Assembly: GCF_964355755.1 (NCBI RefSeq)
Contig: NC_092677.1
Location: 5,106,101-5,170,100, forward strand
Length of the DNA: 64,000 nt
Source of the DNA: Antedon mediterranea
Taxonomy: Eukaryota; Animalia; Echinodermata
Direction: 5' to 3'
Shown: positions 26,901 through 39,065 of the stretch, one piece after another
Layout of the letters: the number at the start of each line of letters is the position of its first letter
Position numbering within the stretch: position 1 is the first letter of the stretch
Notes under the pieces: model-generated
What the model was told of the DNA's origin: nothing
The model's input: the letters and a program-made list of their open reading frames with translations, nothing else
Database searches by the model: none
Translations under genes and position numbers: made by a program

Positions 26901-29900
26901 CTTCCACTTGTAACCTTTTAATGGCATATCTGATGGTCCATATCTGCACTCCATTTTAACATTACCGATACCATGGTATATTGAGTAGTTAGGCTTTTCC
27001 ATCTTAATCCCTTCAAACATATAAATTTACATCTTTTGAATTACACAATTGATAGAATTTGTTTCTTAAATATATTAATCTTTCTTTTTTTAAAGTAAAG
27101 ATTGTCATAGATGTTGAATTGGCCCATTAACTTTTAAAATTATAAATAAAATAAAAATTACATCTTTTAACTGTCAGTAGTGTAGTATCTTGCTTTTTAA
27201 AAATGTTAATCTTACCTTTTAAAATAACAATTGTTATTTAGATTTTGTATTGGGCCATTAACTTTTTATTATGATAAATAAAATAAAAATTACATTTTTT
27301 AACTGTCAGTTGTGTAGTATCTTTCAGTATTTGTTCTCCTTCAACTGGCTTCACTTCACATTGATACTTGCCAGCATCTTTAAGTTTAACATTCTTTATC
27401 TTCAAAGACAGAATGCTATTTTGATTACATGTTACTTCAAATCTAGAATCTTTGGAACAATCCTCAATCTCTGTTGTGCCATTTTCCCTAATCTTCTTCC
27501 ACTTTAATGGCATATATGGGCCATATCTGCACTTCATTTCAAAATTACTGATACCACCTTCTGCTGAGTACACTGGCTGTTCCATCTTAATCCCTTCAAA
27601 CAAATAAATTTACATATTTTGAATTCACAAATTTGTATAGAATTTGCTTCTTAAAAATGTTAATCTTAATTTTTTTAAAGTAAAGATTGTCATTTAGATT
27701 TTGAATTCACAAATTTTTATAGAATTTGCTTCTTAAAAATGTTAATCTTACTTTTGATAAAGATTGTCATTTAGATCTTGAATTGGGCCAATAACTTTTA
27801 AAATTATAAATAAAATAAAAATTACATCTTTTAACTGTCAGTTGTGTAGTATCTTTCAGTATTTGTTCTCCATCAACTAGCGTAACTTCACATTGATACT
27901 TGCCAGCATCACCAAGTAGAACATTATTTATCGTCAAAAACAGAATGTTGTGTTCTTGGCTTGTTGGGCCTAATTCAAATCTAGAACCTTTGTCACATTC
28001 CTCTGTTGTGCCATCTTTCTTAATCTTCTTCCACTTGTAACCTTTTAATGGCATATCTGATGGTCCATATCTGCACTCCATTTTAACATTACCGATACCA
28101 TGGTATATTGAGTAGTTAGGCTTTTCCATCTTAATCCCTTCAAACATATAAATTTACATCTTTTGAATTACACAATTGATAGAATTTGTTTCTTAAATAT
28201 ATTAATCTTTCTTTTTTTAAAGTAAAGATTGTCATAGATGTTGAATTGGCCCATTAACTTTTAAAATTATAAATAAAATAAAAATTACATCTTTTAACTG
28301 TCAGTTGTGTAGTATCTTGCTTTTTAAAAATGTTAATCTTTCCTTTTAAAATAACAATTGTTATTTAGATTTTGTATTGGGCCATTAACTTTTTATTATG
28401 ATAAATAAAATAAAAATTACATTTTTTAACTGTCAGTTGTGTAGTATCTTTCAGTATTTGTTCTCCTTCAACTGGCTTCACTTCACATTGATACTTGCCA
28501 GCATCTTTAAGTTTAACATTCTTTATCTTCAAAGACAGAATGCTATTTTGATTACATGTTACTTCAAATCTAGAATCTTTGGAACAATCCTCAATCTCTG
28601 TTGTGCCATTTTCCCTAATCTTCTTCCACTTGTAACCTTTTAATGGCATATATGGGCCATATCTGCACTTCATTTTAACATTACTGATTCCTTCTTCTGT
28701 TGAGTACTCAGGATGTTCCATCTTAATCCCTTGAAACATATAAATTTACATATTTTGAATTACACAATTGATAGAATAATTTGCTTTTTAAAATGTTAAT
28801 CTTACATTTGATAAAGATTGTCATTTAGATGTTGAATTGGGCCAATAACTTTTAAAATTATAAATAAAATAAAAATTACATCTTTTAACTGTCAGCTGTG
28901 TAGTATCTTTCAGTATTTGTTCTCCATCAACTAGCGTAACTTCACATTGATACTTGCCAGCATCACCAAGTATAACATTCTTTATCGTCAAAGACAGAAT
29001 GTTGTGTTCTTGGCTTGTTGGGCCTAATTCAAATCTAGAACCTTTGTCACATTCCTCTGTTGTGCCATCTTTCTTAATCTTCTTCCACTTGTAACCTTTT
29101 AATGGCATATCTGATGGTCCATATCTGCACTCCATTTTAACATTACCGATACCATGGTATATTGAGTAGTTAGGCTTTTCCATCTTAATCCCTTCAAACA
29201 TATAAATTTACATCTTTTGAATTACACAATTGATAGAATTTGTTTCTTAAATATATTAATCTTTCTTTTTTTAAAGTAAAGATTGTCATAGATGTTGAAT
29301 TGGCCCATTAACTTTTAAAATTATAAATAAAATAAAAATTACATCTTTTAACTGTCAGTAGTGTAGTATCTTGCTTTTTAAAAATGTTAATCTTACCTTT
29401 TAAAATAACAATTGTTATTTAGATTTTGTATTGGGCCATTAACTTTTTATTATGATAAATAAAATAAAAATTACATTTTTTAACTGTCAGTTGTGTAGTA
29501 TCTTTCAGTATTTGTTCTCCTTCAACTGGCTTCACTTCACATTGATACTTGCCAGCATCTTTAAGTTTAACATTCTTTATCTTCAAAGACAGAATGCTAT
29601 TTTGATTACATGTTACTTCAAATCTAGAATCTTTGGAACAATCCTCAATCTCTGTTGTGCCATTTTCCCTAATCTTCTTCCACTTTAATGGCATATATGG
29701 GCCATATCTGCACTTCATTTCAAAATTACTGATACCACCTTCTGCTGAGTACACTGGCTGTTCCATCTTAATCCCTTCAAACAAATAAATTTACATATTT
29801 TGAATTCACAAATTTGTATAGAATTTGCTTCTTAAAAATGTTAATCTTAATTTTTTTTAAGTAAAGATTGTCATTTAGATTTTGAATTCACAAATTTTTA

Positions 29901-32900
29901 TAGAATTTGCTTCTTAAAAATGTTAATCTTACATTTGATAAAGATTGTCATTTAGATCTTGAATTGGGCCAATAACTTTTAAAATTATAAATAAAATAAA
30001 AATTACATCTTTTAACTGTCAGCTGTGTAGTATCTTTCAGTATTTGTTCTCCATCAACTAGCGTAACTTCACATTGATACTTGCCAGCATCACCAAGTAA
30101 AACATTATTTATCGTCAAAGACAGAATGTTGTGTTCTTGGCTTGTTGGGCCTAATTCAAATCTAGAACCTTTGTCACATTCCTCTGTTGTGCCATCTTTC
30201 TTAATCTTCTTCCACTTGTAACCTTTTAATGGCATATCTGATGGTCCATATCTGCACTCCATTTTAACATTACCGATACCATGGTATATTGAGTAGTTAG
30301 GCTTTTCCATCTTAATCCCTTCAAACATATAAATTTACATCTTTTGAATTACACAATTGATAGAATTTGTTTCTTAAATATATTAATCTTTCTTTTTTTA
30401 AAGTAAAGATTGTCATAGATGTTGAATTGGCCCATTAACTTTTAAAATTATAAATAAAATAAAAATTACATCTTTTAACTGTCAGTAGTGTAGTATCTTG
30501 CTTTTTAAAAATGTTAATCTTACCTTTTAAAATAACAATTGTTAATTAGATTTTGTATTGGGCCATTAACTTTTTATTATGATAAATAAAATAAAAATTA
30601 CATTTTTTAACTGTCAGTTGTGTAGTATCTTTCAGTATTTGTTCTCCTTCAACTGGCTTCACTTCACATTGATACTTGCCAGCATCTTTAAGTTTAACAT
30701 TCTTTATCTTCAAAGACAGAATGCTATTTGGATTACATGTTACTTCAAATCTAGAATCTTTGGAACAATCCTCAATCTCTGTTGTGCCATTTTCCCTAAT
30801 CTTTTTCCACTTTAATGGCATATATGGGCCATATCTGCACTTCATTTCAAAATTACTGATACCACCTTCTGCTGAGTACACTGGCTGTTCCATCTTAATC
30901 CCTTCAAACAAATAAATTTACATATTTTGAATTCACAAATTTGTATAGAATTTGCTTCTTAAAAATGTTAATCTTAATTTTTTTAAAGTAAAGATTGTCA
31001 TTTAGATTTTGAATTCACAAATTTTTATAGAATTTGCTTCTTAAAAATGTTAATCTTACTTTTGATAAAGATTGTCATTTAGATCTTGAATTGGGCCAAT
31101 AACTTTTAAAATTATAAATAAAATAAAAATTACATCTTTTAACTGTCAGTTGTGTAGTATCTTTCAGTATTTGTTCTCCATCAACTAGCGTAACTTCACA
31201 TTGATACTTGCCAGCATCACCAAGTAGAACATTATTTATCGTCAAAGACAGAATGTTGTGTTCTTGGCTTGTTGGGCCTAATTCAAATCTAGAACCTTTG
31301 TCACATTCCTCTGTTGTGCCATCTTTCTTAATCTTCTTCCACTTGTAACCTTTTAATGGCATATCTGATGGTCCATATCTGCACTCCATTTTAACATTAC
31401 CGATACCATGGTATATTGAGTAGTTAGGCTTTTCCATCTTAATCCCTTCAAACATATAAATTTACATCTTTTGAATTACACAATTGATAGAATTTGTTTC
31501 TTAAATATATTAATCTTTCTTTTTTTAAAGTAAAGATTGTCATAGATGTTGAATTGGCCCATTAACTTTTAAAATTATAAATAAAATAAAAATTACATCT
31601 TTTAACTGTCAGTAGTGTAGTATCTTGCTTTTTAAAAATGTTAATCTTACCTTTTAAAATAACAATTGTTATTTAGATTTTGTATTGGGCCATTAACTTT
31701 TTATTATGATAAATAAAATAAAAATTACATTTTTTAACTGTCAGTTGTGTAGTATCTTTCAGTATTTGTTCTCCTTCAACTGGCTTCACTTCACATTGAT
31801 ACTTGCCAGCATCTTTAAGTTTAACATTCTTTATCTTCAAAGACAGAATGCTATTTTGATTACATGTTACTTCAAATCTAGAATCTTTGGAACAATCCTC
31901 AATCTCTGTTGTGCCATTTTCCCTAATCTTCTTCCACTTTAATGGCATATATGGGCCATATCTGCACTTCATTTCAAAATTACTGATACCACCTTCTGCT
32001 GAGTACACTGGCTGTTCCATCTTAATCCCTTCAAACAAATAAATTTACATATTTTGAATTCACAAATTTGTATAGAATTTGCTTCTTAAAAATGTTAATC
32101 TTAATTTTTTTAAAGTAAAGATTGTCATTTAGATTTTGAATTCACAAATTTTTATAGAATTTGCTTCTTAAAAATGTTAATCTTACTTTTGATAAAGATT
32201 GTCATTTAGATTTTGAATTGGGCCAATAACTTTTAAAATTATAAATAAAATAAAAATTACATCTTTTAACTGTCAGTTGTGTAGTATCTTTCAGTATTTG
32301 TTCTCCATCAACTAGCGTAACTTCACATTGATACTTGCCAGCATCACCAAGTAAAACATTATTTATCGTCAAAGACAGAATGTTGTGTTCTTGGCTTGTT
32401 GGGCCTAATTCAAATCTAGAACCTTTGTCACATTCCTCTGTTGTGCCATCTTTCTTAATCTTCTTCCACTTGTAACCTTTTAATGGCATATCTGATGGTC
32501 CATATCTGCACTCCATTTTAACATTACCGATACCATGGTATATTGAGTAGTTAGGCTTTTCCATCTTAATCCCTTCAAACATATAAATTTACATCTTTTG
32601 AATTACACAATTGATAGAATTTGTTTCTTAAATATATTAATCTTTCTTTTTTTAAAGTAAAGATTGTCATAGATGTTGAATTGGCCCATTAACTTTTAAA
32701 ATTATAAATAAAATAAAAATTACATCTTTTAACTGTCAGTTGTGTAGTATCTTGCTTTTTAAAAATGTTAATCTTTCCTTTTAAAATAACAATTGTTATT
32801 TAGATTTTGTATTGGGCCATTAACTTTTTATTATGATAAATAAAATAAAAATTACATTTTTTAACTGTCAGTTGTGTAGTATCTTTCAGTATTTGTTCTC

Positions 32901-35900
32901 CTTCAACTGGCTTCACTTCACATTGATACTTGCCAGCATCTTTAAGTTTAACATTCTTTATCTTCAAAGACAGAATGCTATTTTGATTACATGTTACTTC
33001 AAATCTAGAATCTTTGGAACAATCCTCAATCTCTGTTGTGCCATTTTCCCTAATCTTCTTCCACTTGTAACCTTTTAATGGCATATATGGGCCATATCTG
33101 CACTTCATTTTAACATTACTGATTCCTTCTTCTGTTGAGTACTCAGGATGTTCCATCTTAATCCCTTGAAACATATAAATTTACATATTTTGAATTACAC
33201 AATTGATAGAATAATTTGCTTTTTAAAATGTTAATCTTACATTTGATAAAGATTGTCATTTAGATGTTGAATTGGGCCAATAACTTTTAAAATTATAAAT
33301 AAAATAAAAATTACATCTTTTAACTGTCAGCTGTGTAGTATCTTTCAGTATTTGTTCTCCATCAACTAGCGTAACTTCACATTGATACTTGCCAGCATCA
33401 CCAAGTATAACATTCTTTATCGTCAAAGACAGAATGTTGTGTTCTTGGCTTGTTGGGCCTAATTCAAATCTAGAACCTTTGTCACATTCCTCTGTTGTGC
33501 CATCTTTCTTAATCTTCTTCCACTTGTAACCTTTTAATGGCATATCTGATGGTCCATATCTGCACTCCATTTTAACATTACCGATACCATGGTATATTGA
33601 GTAGTTAGGCTTTTCCATCTTAATCCCTTCAAACATATAAATTTACATCTTTTGAATTACACAATTGATAGAATTTGTTTCTTAAATATATTAATCTTTC
33701 TTTTTTTAAAGTAAAGATTGTCATAGATGTGGAATTGGCCCATTAACTTTTAAAATTATAAATAAAATAAAAATTACATCTTTTAACTGTCAGTTGTGTA
33801 GTATCTTGCTTTTTAAAAATGTTAATCTTACCTTTTAAAATAACAATTGTTATTTAGATTTTGTATTGGGCCATTAACTTTTTATTATGATAAATAAAAT
33901 AAAAATTACATTTTTTAACTGTCAGTTGTGTAGTATCTTTCAGTATTTGTTCTCCTTCAACTGGCTTCACTTCACATTGATACTTGCCAGCATCTTTAAG
34001 TTTAACATTCTTTATCTTCAAAGACAGAATGCTATTTTGATTACATGTTACTTCAAATCTAGAATCTTTGGAACAATCCTCAATCTCTGTTGTGCCATTT
34101 TCCCTAATCTTCTTCCACTTGTAACCTTTTAATGGCATATCTGATGGTCCATATCTGCACTCCATTTTAACATTACCGATACCATGGTATATTGAGTAGT
34201 TAGGCTTTTCCATCTTAATCCCTTCAAACATATAAATTTACATCTTTTGAATTACACAATTGATAGAATTTGTTTCTTAAATATATTAATCTTTCTTTTT
34301 TTAAAGTAAAGATTGTCATAGATGTTGAATTGGCCCATTAACTTTTAAAATTTTAAATAAAATAAAAATTACATCTTTTAACTGTCAGTTGTGTAGTATC
34401 TTGCTTTTTAAAAATGGTAATCTTACCTTTTAAAATAACAATTGTTATTTAGATATTGTATTGGGCCATTAACTTTTTATTATGATAAATAAAATAAAAA
34501 TTACATTTTTTAACTGTCAGTTGTGTAGTATCTTTCAGTATTTGTTCTCCTTCAACTGGCTTCACTTCACATTGATACTTGCCAGCATCTTTAAGTTTAA
34601 TATTCTTTATCTTCAAAGACAGAATGCTATTTTGATTACATGTTACTTCAAATCTAGAATCTTTGGAACAATCCTCAATCTCTGTTGTGCCATTTTCCCT
34701 AATCTTCTTCCACTTGTAATCTGTTAATGGCATATCTGATGGTCCATATCTGCACTTCATTTTAACATTACTGATTCCTTCTTCTGTTGAGTACTCAGGA
34801 TGTTCCATCTTAATCCCTTGAAACATATAAATTTACATATTTTGAATTACACAATTGATAGAATAATTTGCTTTTTAAAAATGTTAATCTTACATTTGAT
34901 AAAGATTGTCATTTAGATCTTGAATTGGGCCAATAACTTTTAAAATTATAAATAAAATAAAAATTACATCTTTTAACTGTCAGCTGTGTAGCATCTTTCA
35001 GTATTTGTTCTCCATCAACTAGCGTAACTTCACATTGATACTTGCCAGCATCACCAAGTAAAACATTATTTATCGTCAAAGACAGAATGTTGTGTTCTTG
35101 GCTTGTTGGGCCTAATTCAAATCTAGAACCTTTGTCACATTCCTCTGTTGTGCCATCTTTCTTAATCTTCTTCCACTTGTAACCTTTTAATGGCATATCT
35201 GATGGTCCATATCTGCACTCCATTTTAACATTACCGATACCATGGTATATTGAGTAGTTAGGCTTTTCCATCTTAATCCCTTCAAACATATAAATTTACA
35301 TCTTTTGAATTACACAATTGATAGAATTTGTTTCTTAAATATATTAATCTTTCTTTTTTTAAAGTAAAGATTGTCATAGATGTTGAATTGGCCCATTAAC
35401 TTTTAAAATTATAAATAAAATAAAAATTACATCTTTTAACTGTCAGTTGTGTAGTATCTTGCTTTTTAAAAATGTTAATCTTACCTTTTAAAATAACAAT
35501 TGTTATTTAGATTTTGTATTGGGCCATTAACTTTTTATTATGATAAATAAAATAAAAATTACATTTTTTAACTGTCAGTTGTGTAGTATCTTTCAGTATT
35601 TGTTCTCCTTCAACTGGCTTCACTTCACATTGATACTTGCCAGCATCTTTAAGTTTAACATTCTTTATCTTCAAAGACAGAATGCTATTTTGATTACATG
35701 TTACTTCAAATCTGTCATCTTTTGAACAATCCTCAATCTCTGTTGTGCCATCTTCCTTAATCTTCTTCCACTTGTAATCTGTTAATGGCATATCTGATGG
35801 TCCATATCTGCACTTCATTTTAACATTACTGATTCCTTCTTCTGTTGAGTACTCAGGATGTTCCATCTTAATCCCTTGAAACATATAAATTTACATATTT

Positions 35901-38900
35901 TGAATTACACAATTGATAGAATAATTTGCTTTTTAAAAATGTTAATCTTAATATTAATTAATTAATTAATATCTTAATATTCTGAATTACACAATATGAA
36001 TTTTTTTCTTAAAACAGCTGTTATTCTTACTTTTTAAAAAGTTAACGATTGTAAATTCAATTTTGCATAGGATATATAATGATTAACTTGTGCTGTGGCG
36101 TTTTAGGATCAAATATATTAACAGAGTACACATGTAAGAAAATTTAAGACGAAAAAACATTATTCACATAATCTTGATTTTTTTTAAATAGAAACAATAG
36201 TGGAGGGAGGGGGTTGGGTGGAGTCTTATTACACACCTAGTGTGTGTTATGGTGTGTTACTATACAATTACTGTAAGTGGATTTAACATTTAGTTAGCTT
36301 TTACTTGAGAACACTATATCAAATCACACATCAGAATACCGTTTGGTTGATTTCTTTTTGCCATATTATAAATCGATGATTATCAGTAAATCAGGTATTT
36401 CTTTAATAGGTATATTTCTAAGAAATTATTGATGAAATATCTGAAAATTAAGTATGTTTTTTAAAAGTGAATACAAAATAGAAAAATATATTTTTAGAAA
36501 AAAAATGCAAAATAATTTGTTTTTTTCCAAAAAATTCATGTCAAAAAAATTTTGTATTATTCAATATAGGAAATGTAATATGCTTTTATATGATTTGCCA
36601 ACACACTTGCATACCATTTATTTAAATTGCCCTATTAGCAAGTATTTTTTTAGCTAATTTTGTTATTCTTGAGATGCTGAATCCAAAAAAGTTACAGTAG
36701 GTGCCATTTTGTATTTCAAAAAGGCCGACATTCCACACTAAACTTGGTCACCAATAAACGCATAGTTACATATTTATTGCGCAATAAAACAAATCATGTG
36801 ACCAATAAAGGTCAAAAGGTCAACATGCAATTTCAACAAATACTGTACTGTACTGTTTGGTTTCGTTATGAATACAGTTTTATTAATGTTTGTTTGATTT
36901 TCTTTCATAATTGTCCAATAATATGTTTTATATTATATTATATTATCTTAAAGGGCAACTTGACCGAGGACCATATTTTTACAACGTATTAGGGATGTAC
37001 ATATGATTTCAGAACAATTGCGAGATTAACCCCTCGCTCAAAGCCCATCACCATTCACTCCGTCCCACCAAGCTTATGCCCATATTGAAAACAATGTTTA
37101 AGTTTATTAATGAGAATAATTAATTTTATTTACTCTTTTTTTGACGTTTACAGCACCATTTGGCTTCTGTAAAAAATTATTTTCAATGTTGTAGTTTTTG
37201 TACAATACACTGTAGGCCTAGAGAATTAACACATGTTCCAAAACCAAATTATAATAAATTATTGTATTTACCAACTTTTGGTCTGTCATCTGGCATCTAT
37301 AAACATAAAATAAATTATTAGAGTTGTTATTTCATTAAAAAAAAAAGGACAATAAAAGCGCAGATTGCTGAAATTGTAAATATTTCAGTTCCCTAACATA
37401 TGTAAGGGATGTACATATGATTTCAGAACAATTGGGAGATTTACGATATCGCCGTGCATATCATCGTACAGCCGTCGCCGTAAATTGCTGTGATGTCAGG
37501 TGTACTTTGCGAGTTTTCACTGTTAACATACAAGAGATAGGTACCAGTCATTTCAATTGCTATTTTGATCCGCATTGATCCTGGCATTAACAGGAAAAAC
37601 AAATTCAATATTTGTGCTGAAAGTGGTGGTCAACCCTGCATGTAAATTATTATTTTGACTATGTGCCCAATGCAAATGTTTCTATCATCGGTCACCATTG
37701 GCCTACTTTGTACGATCATTTCAACCACAGATTTGGAATGTCTAAATTTATAATTACTCACACCATAGTTATTGAAGTACAAGGGTTAGGCCGGCTTTAA
37801 TCACCATCAACTAAACTCGCCGTCTTTACTCACCATTGCTGATAGGGATATTTTATATTTTAGCGCCATGAGCAATGACTTTTGGAATGGTGCTATTGAC
37901 GATTGATTGATAGTTTGATTGATTGATATTGGTGTTGATGAAATGGGCTTTGGCCATTCATTGTGTGCTGATGATAAAACATAAAATAAGGAGCAATATC
38001 AACCATGTTTCATGTACAGTCTCGACAGCCAACAGACTGACCGACCGTGCCTATAGAAAACTTGAAACAAATTAACTTAAACCATTTGTACCTTAAACCA
38101 GATCTGCCTTAAACCCACAAAAACAGTTTTACTACTTTCTTTCAAAAACCCAGGCCCATTTGAGTAAAACATTATTGAGATTGGATTTAAGAACACACCT
38201 CTATAAAATCTTTGACTTCAACCTCCATTGTAATAGACAAGTCCTGCATGGTTTGCAGTATATCTAAAATACTTGGCCTTTTCTCTCTGTCTGTCTCCCA
38301 ACAACTATGTAGCATATCCTTTAACTTAGAGGGCATTTCATCATCTAGCGGGTACATATTATCCACCCTCTTATTATCCGGTTCAATCAAGGTTTTCATT
38401 TCCCATATCACAACACCGTACGAATATATGTCTGAACGCTTTGATACCTCTATGTTTGACCTAGGGCATTTAAAAAAAGCCTCAAAGCTTTCAGGAGCCA
38501 TCCATGGAAGAGAACCAGTATATGTAGTAATAACTGTCTTAGGAGTTATGCAGGAAATTCCAAAGTCACAAACTTTCAAATTATGTTTATCAGTAATTAA
38601 AAAATTTGGCGATTTGATATCTCGATGAATTATATCAAGTTCATGAAGATACTGTATTGCAAGAGCGCCTTGCCGTGTCCAGGTGAAAAATTTTTCATTC
38701 TCAAGAAGTTGCTCCTGTTCTCGTTTCTGGCTTAAATAATGATATAATGATCCATTAGCTGCATATTCCATTATCATACAATCCATATGATCTTTCTTAC
38801 TAACCCCTAGAATCTCTGTTATGAATTTTCTACCAATATGTTTTTGTTCTTCGTCAGCTTTAATTTTTCTTAATACAACAATTTCAATTTCTCGAAAATG

Positions 38901-39065
38901 GTTGAGACGTTTAATCGCAACAGGAAAATCTTTTTTAGTTTTCCAAACCCCTTTCAACACACTGCACGTTCCACCATGTCCAATAAGTTCTCCAAATTCA
39001 ATATCATTACATGGTATTTCTAAAATCTCAGGATATGGTTTGATCACTGTTTCATTACTTGCCAT
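11608..39065 (-). CDS. Gene B: ZAK/MLK-like kinase + linker + up to 40 Ig-like domains (spliced, up to ~4,418 aa if all exons are used)
   Basis: Exons: 39065-38199 (kinase, donor GAG|GTGTGT, phase 0), 37296-37272 (25 nt, phase 0 to 1), 39 phase 1-1 Ig exons in 35874-14880, and terminal exon 11951-11608. All junctions are AG/GT and in frame. Confidence 0.75.
13488..13750 (-). mobile_element. tRNA-derived SINE
   Basis: The minus-strand head has an A-box-like TGGCGCAGTGTG and a B-box GGTTCGAATCC. The 3' end reads GCGCTATATAA...TATTATTATTA, an L2-like tail. Confidence 0.7.
14860..35950. repeat. ~21-kb tandem repeat of exon+intron units with higher-order structure
   Basis: Dimer periods are 1127 and 1054/1055 bp. 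The hexamer period is 3236 bp (16403, 19639, 22875, 26111). A block recurs at an offset of 10835 bp. Confidence 0.95.
14880..35874 (-). CDS. Array of 39 tandem Ig-like (V/I-set-like) exons of gene B
   Basis: Each exon starts TTTGAAG/TTTCAAG|GG ATT AAG ATG and ends before GTAAT/GTATT (phase 1-1, 288-312 nt), with Cys, Trp, LxIxNV and DAGKYQC. Exons: 14880-15188, 15344-15631, 15864-16175, 16459-16758, 16991-17302, 17586-17894, 18045-18356, 18640-18948, 19100-19411, 19695-19994, 20227-20538, 20822-21130, 21281-21592, 21876-22184, 22336-22647, 22931-23230, 23463-23774, 24058-24366, 24517-24828, 25112-25420, 25572-25883, 26167-26466, 26699-27010, 27294-27593, 27826-28137, 28421-28729, 28880-29191, 29475-29774, 30007-30318, 30602-30901, 31134-31445, 31729-32028, 32261-32572, 32856-33164, 33315-33626, 33910-34221, 34505-34816, 34968-35279, 35563-35874. 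None has an internal stop. Confidence 0.88.
36949..37500. mobile_element. Fragments of a TTAA-terminal MITE family (also inverted at ~48720-48858 and partial at ~57735-57790)
   Basis: Shared AGGGATGTACATATGATTTCAGAACAAT..GAGATT core and a TTAAAGG(G/A)CAACTTGA terminus. Confidence 0.6.
37272..37296 (-). CDS. 25-nt linker exon of gene B (MPDDRPKV-G)
   Basis: TTTATGTTTATAG|ATGCCAGATGACAGACCAAAAGTTG|GTAAAT. Phase 0 in, phase 1 out. Paralogous to 57440-57512. Confidence 0.75.
38199..39065 (-). CDS. Intronless TKL-group Ser/Thr kinase exon (ZAK/MAP3K20- or MLK-like), gene B
   Basis: Motifs [48 protein letters not shown] and CW...RPS. The acceptor is at 39087. An in-frame TGA lies 4 codons upstream of an ATG in good Kozak context (ATAATGG), so this is the first coding exon. 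Confidence 0.9.

Noticed and set aside
16436-35725. Repeated plus-strand ORFs MINKIKITFF... and MPAS...
   Set aside because: They are antisense shadows of the Ig exons, repeated only because the array is repeated, and show no domain signal.
14880-35874. V(D)J-like recombination signal sequences around the Ig exons
   Set aside because: Intronic CACAATTG only partly resembles the heptamer. I saw no nonamer at 12/23 spacing and no J-like or constant segments.
14815-35884. 39 independent single-exon small genes starting MFEG/MFQG
   Set aside because: The apparent starts are part of the splice acceptor. C-type copies have TTG, and the copy at 24366 has a TAA there while keeping the AG. The AT-rich tails (CNFYFIY...) begin at GT donors, and there is little room for promoters.
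14860-35950. CRISPR-like array or pure assembly artefact
   Set aside because: Units are 450-600 bp coding exons in eukaryotic DNA with no unique spacers. Copy-specific substitutions and divergent edges argue for real repeats, although the exact copy number needs read support.
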